From an uncultured Bacteroidales bacterium (GTDB taxonomy: Bacteria; Bacteroidota; Bacteroidia; Bacteroidales; UBA10428): 64,000 bases of DNA. The stretch is from contig CAZHQW010000003.1 of NCBI GenBank assembly GCA_964534745.1, positions 16,016 to 80,015 of the forward strand. Direction: 5' to 3'. The notes under the pieces are model-generated. The model had not been told where the DNA came from and did not search any database. It was given only the letters and a program-made list of their open reading frames with translations. Below, piece by piece: positions 27,534 to 37,394 of the stretch (the stretch's first letter is position 1; the number at the start of each line of letters is the position of its first letter). Both the position numbers and the translations under genes were made by a program.

Positions 27534-30311
27534 TTAATGTGCCTCCAGCCAGTTTTCTCCCACTCCTATATCTGTTATTAAAGGGATTTCAAGCCTTACA
27601 GCATTCTCCATTTCGTATTTGACCAACTTTTTAATCTCTTCAAGTTCAGGCCTGTAAACATCAAATATAAGTTCATCATGTACCTGTAATATCATCCTGG
27701 TCCGGTACCTTCCTGAAAGCCTTTTATGGATGTTAACCATCGCAAGTTTGATTATATCTGCCGCCGAACCCTGGAGAGGTGTATTTATGGCATTACGTTC
27801 GGCCATGCCTCTGATAAGGGCATTTGCAGAATTAATATCTTTAAGATACCTTCTCCTTCCGAAAATCGTTTCTGCATATCCCTTTTCCTTTGCCATTTCT
27901 ATCGATTTCTCCATATACTCCTTTACCTTGCCATAGGAATTGAAATAGCTGTCAATTAGCTTTTTGGCATCCGCGCGCGAAATATTCAGCCTTTGCGATA
28001 AACCGAAAGCCGATATCCCGTATATTATACCGAAGTTTGCTGTTTTTGCTTTCCTTCTCATTTCAGGTGTAACGTTTTCAGGCCTTATATTATAAATCTT
28101 CCCCGCTGTGGCTGAATGAATATCTTCATTATTCCTGAAAGCCTCTAGCATATTTGCATCCTTGCTAAGATGCGCCATAAGTCTGAGTTCAATCTGCGAA
28201 TAGTCTGCCGAAAGAAGCACATGATCTTTGTCTGAAGCTACAAACGACTTTCTTATTTCACGGCCTCTTTCTTCTCTTATCGGAATGTTTTGCAGGTTTG
28301 GGTTCTTTGAGCTCAATCTTCCGGTAGTAACCCAGGCCTGCTCAAAAGAAGTATGTATTTTACCCGTCTTTTGATTTATCAGCTTAGGCAGGGCCTCCAC
28401 GTATGTTGAAAGTAATTTCTTCAGAGCCCGGTAATCAAGTACCTTATCAATGATATCATGCTTATCCTTTAAACGGACAAGGACTTCTTCACTGGTTGAA
28501 TACTGCTTTGTTTTTGTTTTCTGTATTCCCCCTGAAATATTAAGCTTTTCAAATAGTATCTCCCCCAGCTGTTTTGGTGATGATATATTGAATTCTATCC
28601 CGGCAAGAGTATAAATTTCCTTTTCTATGCTTATGATCTGGTCTCTCAACTCTTTTGCATACTTGCCCAGATTCTTCGTATTTAGCTTGAATCCCGCTTT
28701 TTCCATATCAGCAAGTACCCTAATCAAAGGCATTTCAATTCTTTCTGCCAGTTCTGTCATTCCGTTCTTCTTTAATTCATCTGCCAGTATTTTATATAAC
28801 TGCCATGTCAGGTCAGCGTCTTCCCCCGCATATTCCCTGATAACATCTATATCCACGCTTCTCATGCTCAGCTGGTTCTTCCCTTTTTTCCCTATAAGTT
28901 CCTCAATAGAAACCGGATTATAATTCAAGTAGTTTGATGCCAGATATTCAAGGTTATGTTTAAGATCAGGCTGAATCAGATAATGTGCAATCATTGTATC
29001 AAATAAGTCACCCTTAACTTCTATATCATAATTACCTAATACCTGCATATCATATTTAATATTCTGCCCGATTTTCTTTATCCTTTCATCCGAAAACACC
29101 TTCCTGAATTCAGATGCCACAGGCCTGGCCTCATTCTGTCTGGCAGGAACCGGCACATAATATGCTTCATTCTGCTTATTTGAAAAAGACATCCCGACAA
29201 GCTCAGACTTGTGGACATCGAGACTCGTGGTTTCAGTATCGAAACTGAATTCCTTGAGATTTGAAAGCTTGTTTATGAGCTTTGCTCTTTTGTCTTTTGT
29301 GTCGGACAATTGGTATTTATGCCTGACCGTAGTAATATTATCCTTATCCGTTGGCTTTTGGGAGGATGTATTAATGCCCCGGCTCTGAAACAGATCCTGC
29401 TGAACTGCAACAGAACCATTACTTACCGATATATCCTCCACATTAAGAATTCTAGCGGCCAGTGTTCTGAATTCGAGTTCTTTAAAGACCTTTACCAGTG
29501 AATCCCTGTCAGGTTCCTTAATTGCAAGATCATTGATATTTATATCAACAGGAGCATCAACTACAATGGTCACAAGTTTTTTTGAGAGATCTACCTGTTG
29601 TTTGTATTTTAGAATATTTTCCTTTTGCTGGCCTTTAAGTTCATCAATGTGTTCATAGATTTTATCCAGATCATTATATTTTTCTATAAGGCCTTTGGCT
29701 GTTTTTTCTCCTATGCCGGGAACACCCGGAATATTATCGGTGCTGTCTCCCCATAATGCCAATACATCAATTACATTCACGGGTTTGCTGACCCTGAAGC
29801 TATCTTTAACTTCATTTACTCCTATTATCTCTACATCACTTCCTGATCGTCTTGGCTTATATATAAATATGTTTTCAGAAACCAGCTGGGCATAATCTTT
29901 ATCAGATGTCATCATATAAGTCATAAATCCCTCTTTTTCAGCCCTTTTTGCCAGTGTTCCAATAACATCATCCGCTTCATATCCGTTTACTTCGATAACA
30001 TTAATATTGAATCCCCTTATTATATCCTTGATATACGGGACTGACGACTTTATTTCCTCCGGGGTTTTTAGTCTTGTAGCTTTATATTCCTTGAATATCT
30101 CATGTCTGAATGTCGGAGGAGGAGGATCAAAAACAACAGCAATATGAGTGGGTTTCTCCTTTCTTATAACTTCATCAAGGGTATTTGTAAATCCGAATAT
30201 TGCTGAAGTGTTCATCCCTGTTGAATTTTTTATAGGATGATTTATAAAAGCGTAATAAGCACGGAAAATAAGTGCATACGCGTCAAACAAAAAGAGCTTT
30301 TTATCAGACAT
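27534..30311 (-). CDS. polA: DNA polymerase I
   Basis: 925 aa with a 5'-nuclease N-terminus, a 3'-5' exonuclease region (FDTETTSLD) and polymerase motifs (LLSADYSQIELR; RRKAKTANFGIIYG; QVHDEL). Confidence 0.97.
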   Translation of the reverse strand: MSDKKLFLFDAYALIFRAYYAFINHPIKNSTGMNTSAIFGFTNTLDEVIRKEKPTHIAVVFDPPPPTFRHEIFKEYKATRLKTPEEIKSSVPYIKDIIRGFNINVIEVNGYEADDVIGTLAKRAEKEGFMTYMMTSDKDYAQLVSENIFIYKPRRSGSDVEIIGVNEVKDSFRVSKPVNVIDVLALWGDSTDNIPGVPGIGEKTAKGLIEKYNDLDKIYEHIDELKGQQKENILKYKQQVDLSKKLVTIVVDAPVDININDLAIKEPDRDSLVKVFKELEFRTLAARILNVEDISVSNGSVAVQQDLFQSRGINTSSQKPTDKDNITTVRHKYQLSDTKDKRAKLINKLSNLKEFSFDTETTSLDVHKSELVGMSFSNKQNEAYYVPVPARQNEARPVASEFRKVFSDERIKKIGQNIKYDMQVLGNYDIEVKGDLFDTMIAHYLIQPDLKHNLEYLASNYLNYNPVSIEELIGKKGKNQLSMRSVDIDVIREYAGEDADLTWQLYKILADELKKNGMTELAERIEMPLIRVLADMEKAGFKLNTKNLGKYAKELRDQIISIEKEIYTLAGIEFNISSPKQLGEILFEKLNISGGIQKTKTKQYSTSEEVLVRLKDKHDIIDKVLDYRALKKLLSTYVEALPKLINQKTGKIHTSFEQAWVTTGRLSSKNPNLQNIPIREERGREIRKSFVASDKDHVLLSADYSQIELRLMAHLSKDANMLEAFRNNEDIHSATAGKIYNIRPENVTPEMRRKAKTANFGIIYGISAFGLSQRLNISRADAKKLIDSYFNSYGKVKEYMEKSIEMAKEKGYAETIFGRRRYLKDINSANALIRGMAERNAINTPLQGSAADIIKLAMVNIHKRLSGRYRTRMILQVHDELIFDVYRPELEEIKKLVKYEMENAVRLEIPLITDIGVGENWLEAH

Positions 30312-30341
30312 AAGTCCTGATTATTTTATAATTGACAAATA

Positions 30342-30349
30342 CAAATATA
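30342..30349 (-). promoter_or_regulatory. Bacteroidota -7 promoter box on the minus strand (TATATTTG) upstream of polA
   Basis: Plus strand reads CAAATATA, 31 nt upstream of the polA ATG at 30311. Confidence 0.45.
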
Positions 30350-30426
30350 TGGCTAATTTGAATTTAATTCTTTTTTCTGCCACAAAAGGACATACCTTAT
30401 TTTGTCAAAACCTTAGTAATTATTAT

Positions 30427-30434
30427 TAAATTTG
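30427..30434 (+). promoter_or_regulatory. Bacteroidota -7 promoter box (TAAATTTG) upstream of the polyprenyl synthase gene
   Basis: Exact TAnnTTTG match. Its position argues for the ATG at 30454 rather than the TTG at 30439 as the start. Confidence 0.45.
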
Positions 30435-30453
30435 GTCTTTGAAAAAAAATTAT

Positions 30454-31428
30454 ATGCCTGACCTTTCTGCAATAAAGATAGCGATAGACCTCGAGTTGAA
30501 AGTATTTGAATCAGAGTTCAAAAGTATAATGAGGAGTAAAATTCCTTTGCTCAACATTGTCACAAACTATATAATTCGCAGAAAAGGCAAACAAATGCGG
30601 CCCATGTTCGTCTTTCTTACTGCCAAGCTTCTTGGCGAAGTTACTCCGGCAACATATATAGCTGCTGCCCTTATTGAAATACTTCATACAGCTACACTTA
30701 TTCATGATGATGTTGTGGATGATTCACGCGAAAGACGAGGATTTTTATCAATTAACGCTATCTGGAAATCAAAAATAGCTGTGCTTGTAGGTGATTATTT
30801 GCTGTCAAGGGGTTTACTACTGGCGGTTAATAATAAGCAATACGAGCTTCTGGATATTGTATCCAGCGCTGTTAAAGAGATGAGTGAAGGTGAATTGCTA
30901 CAGATTCAAAAATCCAGGAAATTAAACCTGACCGAAGAACAGTACTATGAGATAATAAGGAAAAAGACTGCTGCACTAATTGCATCCTGCACAGCATGCG
31001 GTGCAAAATCTGTTTCGGCAGGAGATGAGGTTGTGAAGCAGTTATGGAAATTTGGAGAGTATGTAGGTATGGCCTTCCAGATTAAGGATGATCTGCTTGA
31101 TTACCACGACAGAAATATAATAGGAAAACCAACCGGAAACGATATAAAGGAAAAAAAGCTCACATTGCCCTTGATTTATGTATTGTCGAATAATAACAAA
31201 ACAGACAGCAGGAAAATTTTAAGGCTTATCAGCAATAACCACAAGAATTCAAAAAATATAATTGAAGTAATTGATTTTGTCAAAAAGAATGGGGGAATTG
31301 AATATTCACAGAATAAAATGGTGGAATACAGGAATAAGGCTCTTGATATTATTGCCGGTTATCCTGATTCAGGCATAAAAAAATCACTTATTGATCTTGT
31401 AAATTTCACTACCACAAGGACCGTATAA
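30454..31428 (+). CDS. polyprenyl diphosphate synthase (trans-isoprenyl, IspB-like)
   Basis: First and second aspartate-rich motifs, LIHDDVVDDS and FQIKDDLLD. Confidence 0.9.
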   Translation: MPDLSAIKIAIDLELKVFESEFKSIMRSKIPLLNIVTNYIIRRKGKQMRPMFVFLTAKLLGEVTPATYIAAALIEILHTATLIHDDVVDDSRERRGFLSINAIWKSKIAVLVGDYLLSRGLLLAVNNKQYELLDIVSSAVKEMSEGELLQIQKSRKLNLTEEQYYEIIRKKTAALIASCTACGAKSVSAGDEVVKQLWKFGEYVGMAFQIKDDLLDYHDRNIIGKPTGNDIKEKKLTLPLIYVLSNNNKTDSRKILRLISNNHKNSKNIIEVIDFVKKNGGIEYSQNKMVEYRNKALDIIAGYPDSGIKKSLIDLVNFTTTRTV

Positions 31429-31462
31429 GAATTCCGCACACTGCCACTCAATTTGTTTATTT

Positions 31463-31482
31463 AGCTGATATTCAGCTTTTTA
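31463..31482 (+). terminator. weak candidate terminator hairpin
   Basis: AGCTGA-TAT-TCAGCT followed by TTTTT. The stem is short with a 3-nt loop, and it overlaps the uvrC stop. Confidence 0.3.
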
Positions 31483-33279
31483 TCTTCTAAAATACTCATA
31501 TACAACATTGGCTTTCTTTTCGCCTATAACATCAGCTAATTGCTCCAGTCCTGCATTTTTAACAGCGTTCATATCATTAAACCTCTGCAATAACTTTTGA
31601 ATAGTCTTATCCCCAATCCCGGGTATATTATTTATTTCAGACTTAAGTGAAGATTTTATTCTTCTTTTTCTGTGAAATTCGATTCCAAATCTGTGTGCCT
31701 CATTTCTTATACTCTGAATTAGTTTCAGGCTTTGCGAATTTTTGTTTAGATAAAGAGGGACCGGATCCCCCGGGAAATATATTACTTCAAGTCTTTTGGC
31801 TATTCCTATAAATATTGGTTTTTGTTTTAATTCCAGTGTTTGCAGGCTTTTCAATGCCGCGTTTAGTTGTCCCTTCCCTCCGTCAATTATCACAAGCTGT
31901 GGCAGGGATTCATTTTCCTCTGTTAACCTCTTGAACCGCCTGAATACTACTTCCCCCATTGAGGCAAAATCATTTATTCCTCTAACTGTCTTAATTATAA
32001 AATGGCGGTACTCCTTTTTACTGGGTTTTGAATTTCTGAATACAACACATGAAGCCACTGTATCTGCTCCCTGTATATTTGATATATCAAAACATTCAAT
32101 ATGATATGGCAATTCCTTTAACCTGAGATCCTGTTTAAGTGTGTTCAACAATATGTCTGTCCGTTTATCTATTTTATTATCAGCCTTTTGCCTTGATTTT
32201 TCATACCCGTAGTTCTTAGCATTTCTATATGAAAGTTGCAGCAGTTTCTTTTTATCTCCCTTTATTGGAACGACCGTTTTTGCATTTTTAAAGTCAACAT
32301 CCATTTTAAAAGGCACTATTATTTCACCGGAATCACTTTTAAGCTTTTCCCTTATTTCTACAATGGCGAAAGACAGCAGCTCCTCCCTGTTTTCCTCAAT
32401 ACGCTTTACCATTTCAATTGTATGAGACTGAATAATTGCCCCTTTTACGACCTTGAGATAATTTACATAAGCAACATTTTCCTCATCAACTATAGAAAAT
32501 ACGTCAATATTGTTAATTCTTGAGCTAACTACTGTTGATTTGCTCCTGAACTTCTCCAGTACCTCGGTCTTCTTCTTTATTAAATCTGCCTCTTCAAACC
32601 GGTAACCTGAAGCATACTGTTTCATTAAATCATTAAGGTAATTTATCACATGTTGTAAATTTCCTTTCAGTATCTGCCTTATTTGTTTTATTGAGCTGTT
32701 ATAGTCCTGTTCTGACTGAAGTTTTTCACAGGGTCCTTTGCAGTTCCCCAGGTGATATTCGAGGCATACTTTATATTTCCCCTTGTTAATATTTTCCTCT
32801 GAAAGGTTGTAGTTGCAATTGCGCAGATTATATAACTGTTTCACAAGGTTCAGCAATGTCCTAACCATTATAGCTGATGTATAGGGGCCAAAATACTCGG
32901 AGCCGTCTTTTTCCAGTCTTCTTGTCATGAATACCCTTGGGAACCGTTCTTTTTTTATACATATCCAAGGAAAAGTCTTATCATCTTTCAATAGAACATT
33001 ATACCTGGGTAAATGCTTTTTTATGAAATTATTTTCCAGTAAAAGTGCATCAGATTCATTTTCAACAATCACATGTTTTATATCGGCTATTTTTCTGACA
33101 AGTACCTCTGTTTTATAGCTGGTTTTCTTTGAAGCAGTGAAATATGAGGATACCCTTTTCCTCAGGTTTTTTGCCTTTCCTATATATATAATATTACCGG
33201 ACTTATCAATAAATTGATATATGCCGGGTTTGTCCGGTAAAAGCGCGATAGTATTCCCAAGTTTTTCTTTAATCACCAT
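31480..33279 (-). CDS. uvrC: excinuclease ABC subunit C
   Basis: GIY-YIG N-terminus (GIYQFIDKSGNIIYIGKAKNLRKR) and a C-terminal HhH (IPGIGDKTIQKLL); 599 aa. Confidence 0.97.
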   Translation of the reverse strand: MVIKEKLGNTIALLPDKPGIYQFIDKSGNIIYIGKAKNLRKRVSSYFTASKKTSYKTEVLVRKIADIKHVIVENESDALLLENNFIKKHLPRYNVLLKDDKTFPWICIKKERFPRVFMTRRLEKDGSEYFGPYTSAIMVRTLLNLVKQLYNLRNCNYNLSEENINKGKYKVCLEYHLGNCKGPCEKLQSEQDYNSSIKQIRQILKGNLQHVINYLNDLMKQYASGYRFEEADLIKKKTEVLEKFRSKSTVVSSRINNIDVFSIVDEENVAYVNYLKVVKGAIIQSHTIEMVKRIEENREELLSFAIVEIREKLKSDSGEIIVPFKMDVDFKNAKTVVPIKGDKKKLLQLSYRNAKNYGYEKSRQKADNKIDKRTDILLNTLKQDLRLKELPYHIECFDISNIQGADTVASCVVFRNSKPSKKEYRHFIIKTVRGINDFASMGEVVFRRFKRLTEENESLPQLVIIDGGKGQLNAALKSLQTLELKQKPIFIGIAKRLEVIYFPGDPVPLYLNKNSQSLKLIQSIRNEAHRFGIEFHRKRRIKSSLKSEINNIPGIGDKTIQKLLQRFNDMNAVKNAGLEQLADVIGEKKANVVYEYFRR

Positions 33280-33290
33280 TTATAGTTAAG

Positions 33291-33337
33291 TTCCACGTGG
33301 AAATATCCTGATGAATGAATTATGTTCCACGTGGAAC
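33291..33337. repeat. two copies of the perfect palindrome TTCCACGTGGAA (second copy extended to GTTCCACGTGGAAC), candidate operator pair
   Basis: Copy 1 is at 33291-33302 and copy 2 at 33324-33337, read directly. Centre-to-centre spacing is 34 bp. They lie in the 59-nt mnmG-uvrC spacer. Confidence 0.6.
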
Positions 33338-33338
33338 A

Positions 33339-35210
33339 TTATCTTCCCAAATGGACCAGCAACACATTAATATCAGCCGGAGAAACCCCAGATATCCTCA
33401 ACGCCTGTCCGATTGTCCTTGGCTTTATCCTTGCCAGTTTTTGTCTTCCCTCAGTAGAAATTGACTTAAGCTTGCTATAATCAATATTCTTACTTATTTT
33501 AATATTTTCAAGCCTCTTTATTTTCCCTGCCTGCTCTTTTTCCCTTTTTATATAGCCGTCGTACTTTATTTCAATTTCGCTTAGTTCTATTATATCGTCC
33601 CGGCTAAACCCAATATTATCAACTATTTCTTTAATTTGACTTATATAATCTATTAAATCACAGATTTTTATTTGAGGCCTTAGAAGCAAATTATACAGCT
33701 TTACACTTTGATTTATCTCAGATGTATTCTTATCCCTTAGCAGCATATTAATATCATCCGGCTTTACGCTAAAATTCTTAATAAACTCTATCAATTCATT
33801 CTTTTTGTTTATTTTATATTTTAACCTGTTAATCCTTTCTTTTCCTGCCAATCCAATTTTATAAGCTTTTTCAGTTAGCCTTTCATCTGCGTTATCCTGC
33901 CTCAGCATTATTCTGTATTCCGCTCTGGAAGTAAACATCCTGTATGGCTCATCCACGCCCTTATTAATCAAATCATCAATTAAAACCCCTATATATGCTT
34001 CATCCCTTCCCAGTACAAATTCTCCCTTATTGTTAATTTTAAGGTGAGCATTTATTCCTGCCATTATTCCCTGTGCTCCAGCCTCCTCATATCCCGTAGT
34101 CCCGTTTATCTGTCCTGCAAAATATAATCCTTCGATTTTTCTTGTTTCAAGCGTATAATTAAGCTGGGTCGGAGGATAATAGTCATATTCAATAGCATAT
34201 CCCGGCCTGAACATCCTCACATTTTCAAGTCCCTTTATAGTTTTCATCGCTTCATACTGTATATCTATAGGTAAAGATGATGAAAATCCGTTTAAATAAT
34301 ACTCAATATTATTGATCCCTTCCGGCTCAACGAATAGCTGGTGTCTTTTTTTATCGGAAAATGTTACTATTTTGCCTTCAATACTGGGGCAGTACCTTGG
34401 TCCGATTCCCTTTATCGTCCCGTTAAACAATGGAGAATCTCCAAAGCCCTTTTTTAGTATATTATGGGTCTTCTCGTTTGTATACGTAATATAACAACTC
34501 TTTTGCGTTACTATCCTTCGCTTTGACAAATATGAAAATGCGCCTCCTTCTTCATCACCCTTTTGCTCCTTTAATACTGAAAAATTAATTGTTCTTCCAT
34601 CCAGCCTTGCGGGAGTTCCCGTTTTCATCCTGCTTACCTCGAAACCTGCTTTTTCAAGCTGCCGTGATATTCCTGATGAAACAGGTTCCGATATCCTTCC
34701 CCCGCTTACTTTTACTTTTCCTATATGAATCATTCCGTTTTCAAATGTTCCGCATGCAAGAATCACAGATTTTGAATAGAACTTTACATTGTTTATTGTC
34801 AAAATTCCTTTTACCCTGTTTCTTTCTATAATTAATTCCTTTACATTATCCTGCCATAAATCAATGTTTTTATTCTTCTCAATAACTTTTCTCCATTCCA
34901 TATAAAATTTCATCCTGTCGCATTGTGCCCGCGGACTCCACATTGCCGGACCCTTTGATTTATTAAGCATCCTGAACTGAATCATGCTTTTGTCAGTTAC
35001 AATTCCTGAATATCCACCCAGAGCATCTAATTCCCGTATAATCTGCCCTTTTGCTATTCCACCCATAGCAGGATTACATGACATCTGCGCTATTTTGGTC
35101 ATATCCATAGTTATCAATAGGACTTTTGAGCCTATATTTGCTCCTGCACATGCTGCTTCACATCCTGCATGTCCTGCTCCTACAACAATAATGTCATATT
35201 CACTAGTCAT
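33339..35210 (-). CDS. mnmG: tRNA uridine 5-carboxymethylaminomethyl modification enzyme
   Basis: FAD motif VVGAGHAGCEAA and conserved GidA blocks (GPRYCPSIE; FFAGQINGTTGYEEA); 623 aa. Confidence 0.97.
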   Translation of the reverse strand: MTSEYDIIVVGAGHAGCEAACAGANIGSKVLLITMDMTKIAQMSCNPAMGGIAKGQIIRELDALGGYSGIVTDKSMIQFRMLNKSKGPAMWSPRAQCDRMKFYMEWRKVIEKNKNIDLWQDNVKELIIERNRVKGILTINNVKFYSKSVILACGTFENGMIHIGKVKVSGGRISEPVSSGISRQLEKAGFEVSRMKTGTPARLDGRTINFSVLKEQKGDEEGGAFSYLSKRRIVTQKSCYITYTNEKTHNILKKGFGDSPLFNGTIKGIGPRYCPSIEGKIVTFSDKKRHQLFVEPEGINNIEYYLNGFSSSLPIDIQYEAMKTIKGLENVRMFRPGYAIEYDYYPPTQLNYTLETRKIEGLYFAGQINGTTGYEEAGAQGIMAGINAHLKINNKGEFVLGRDEAYIGVLIDDLINKGVDEPYRMFTSRAEYRIMLRQDNADERLTEKAYKIGLAGKERINRLKYKINKKNELIEFIKNFSVKPDDINMLLRDKNTSEINQSVKLYNLLLRPQIKICDLIDYISQIKEIVDNIGFSRDDIIELSEIEIKYDGYIKREKEQAGKIKRLENIKISKNIDYSKLKSISTEGRQKLARIKPRTIGQALRISGVSPADINVLLVHLGR

Positions 35211-35226
35211 ATAACCAAGAAAAAAT

Positions 35227-35640
35227 CTACGAATTTAAATAAAAATTTTCCTTATTTGTCATTAATTCCTTTTCCCTGTCAGTTTTATCCCCGTACCCTA
35301 TAAGATGCAAAACCCCGTGAATAATAACACGTTTCATTTCTTTATCGAAATCCCCTTCAGAATATATTTTACTGTTATCTTTTATTCTATCAACACTTAT
35401 GTATACTTCTCCGCCAACAGTATTCTTAAATTTATTGCCAAATACCATAACATCCGTATAATATGCCCTGTTCAGAAATTCTTTATTTAAATTAAGGATG
35501 GCTTTATCTGATGTGAAAATAATGCTAATCTCTCCTCTTCTGTATCCTTCCCCGTTGATTATGGAGTTTATTAAATTACTATAATTCTCTTCTTCAACTA
35601 ACCTAAATGAAGTGTCTTTATAATAATATTTTACATTCAA
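35227..35640 (-). CDS. ybeY: rRNA maturation RNase YbeY
   Basis: Zinc motif HGVLHLIGYGD; 137 aa. Confidence 0.9.
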   Translation of the reverse strand: MNVKYYYKDTSFRLVEEENYSNLINSIINGEGYRRGEISIIFTSDKAILNLNKEFLNRAYYTDVMVFGNKFKNTVGGEVYISVDRIKDNSKIYSEGDFDKEMKRVIIHGVLHLIGYGDKTDREKELMTNKENFYLNS

Positions 35641-35644
35641 ATAT

Positions 35645-36043
35645 TTATTTCAAATTAAATTCCAGCACGACAGTTGCCCCGTTTCGTGAAAACTCAATCC
35701 CGTCTGATAATTTTTCCATCAAAAATATTCCTCTGCCGTTAATATTTTCAATATTTTCAGGGGCTGTAGGATCCGGAATATTTTTGTAGTCAAATCCATC
35801 TCCTTCATCGTCTACTCTGATTTTTAACTTTTTTTCGTCCTTATTTATTATGATATTGACTAATTTGTTCTCATCCAGTTTATTTCCATGCAAAATCGCG
35901 TTATTAGCTGCCTCCAGTGCTGCTATCAGTATATTTCCATATAAATCCGAGCTAATATTGTATTCAGCTGATATATCATCTACAAGCTTCTCCACCTTCC
36001 TCAGATTTTCAATTTTCGATCTTATTTCATATTTTTTTTCCAT
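35645..36043 (-). CDS. RsbW/SpoIIAB-type anti-sigma-factor-like serine kinase (HATPase_c_2)
   Basis: 132 aa with an N-box-like ALEAANNAILHGN, DDEGDGFD, and GRGIFLM. Confidence 0.7.
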   Translation of the reverse strand: MEKKYEIRSKIENLRKVEKLVDDISAEYNISSDLYGNILIAALEAANNAILHGNKLDENKLVNIIINKDEKKLKIRVDDEGDGFDYKNIPDPTAPENIENINGRGIFLMEKLSDGIEFSRNGATVVLEFNLK

Positions 36044-36175
36044 TTACGTATATTTTCAATAAATATCTCCGCGTTCCCCCTTTTATACTGCATTTAATTA
36101 ATTATGTTACTAAATTAATTAATTTCTATCCGAAAATAGTAAAAAATCGCCTAATTTATTTATAAAATTTAATGC

Positions 36176-37381
36176 CTAATTACTAAGCCATAATTCCGGG
36201 TTAATGTTCTGTGATTCTTTCCATATCTGGAAATGCAATATTGTCTGATTCGTTTTTTCATCAGTAAAAACATTTCCTATCTTCTGCTTTGTATATACTG
36301 TTTGTCCCGGACTCACATTGATATTTTTCAGATTATGATATAGGGTATAATAATTGCCATGCCTGATTATCAATGTATAATTTTCACCTGGGATAGAAAA
36401 TATTTTTGATACTATGCCATTAAATATTGCTCTTACTTCCGCATCTCTTACTGTGGATATATCAATTCCGTCATTTCTGATCTTGATATTCTTCAATACC
36501 GGATGCGGCTGCTCACCGTACTTACCTGTGATAATGCCATATTTTGTAGGCCATGGCAATTTCCCTATATTTTTTTCAAAATTATCTGAAATAAGCCTCT
36601 CCTCAGGGGTTAACATACTGTATACCCCTTTCTGCCTGCTCCTTTCCTCTTTTATTAACTTCTCCAGCTCCTTTTTTATTTTTTCAGCCAGCTTCCTTTT
36701 CTCTTCCAGCTCTATAATAAGCTCGTTCTCCCTTTTTGTTAGCTCCCTTATTAATATCTCCTTACTGGCTTTCTCTCTTATTATATTAATATTCTCCCTT
36801 TCTTTCTCTTTTATCAGCCTGTCTTTTGTATCCCTGTCCCTGCTTAATTCAATTAATTTCTTCTCAATGATGTTCTTGAATGCAACAATGAGTTTTGCCT
36901 GCTTCTGCCTGTATTGCGTATACTGCTGTATATATCTTACACGCTTATATGCCTGGTTAAAGCTTTCCGATGCCAGTATATACATCAATAATACATCCTG
37001 TTCCCTCTTTTTGTAGGCATTTACTATAACCCTTGCATATTCTGCCTTTATCTTTTTCAAATCAGACTCAAGTGAAGTTATAAGTTTCCTGTTGTCTGAA
37101 ATCTTTACATCAAGATCTTCAATCCCTGCGGTTAGTTCCCTGATATATTTATTTCGCGCATCTATCCTGTACTCAAGAATTTTTAATTCATTTAATGAAT
37201 ATTTCTTTTTCTCCTTTGTTTCTTCCAGTATTTTACTAGCATATTCAATCTCCTGCTTTGCTTTGGACTGCAATTCCTTCAGCCTCTCTTTTTCCTGTCC
37301 TTTAACTTTATTAATTACCAGACATATGAATAAAATAAGGAGATATTTTGGTCTGGGGTAATATATATGAATATTCTTCAA
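36176..37381 (-). CDS. M23 peptidase with an N-terminal coiled coil (EnvC-like murein hydrolase activator)
   Basis: Signal peptide, a ~230-aa K/E-rich coiled coil, and a C-terminal LytM/M23 domain (NDGIDISTVRDAEVRAIFNGIVS...HFQIW). Confidence 0.85.
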   Translation of the reverse strand: MKNIHIYYPRPKYLLILFICLVINKVKGQEKERLKELQSKAKQEIEYASKILEETKEKKKYSLNELKILEYRIDARNKYIRELTAGIEDLDVKISDNRKLITSLESDLKKIKAEYARVIVNAYKKREQDVLLMYILASESFNQAYKRVRYIQQYTQYRQKQAKLIVAFKNIIEKKLIELSRDRDTKDRLIKEKERENINIIREKASKEILIRELTKRENELIIELEEKRKLAEKIKKELEKLIKEERSRQKGVYSMLTPEERLISDNFEKNIGKLPWPTKYGIITGKYGEQPHPVLKNIKIRNDGIDISTVRDAEVRAIFNGIVSKIFSIPGENYTLIIRHGNYYTLYHNLKNINVSPGQTVYTKQKIGNVFTDEKTNQTILHFQIWKESQNINPELWLSN

Positions 37382-37394
37382 TTCTATAAAGGTA

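Noticed and set aside
36414-37016. 200-aa ORF on the plus strand, antisense to the EnvC-like gene
   Set aside because: Its low-complexity Ser/Phe/Leu/Ile composition is the mirror image of the K/E-rich coiled-coil codons on the other strand. The minus-strand gene has clear M23 homology.
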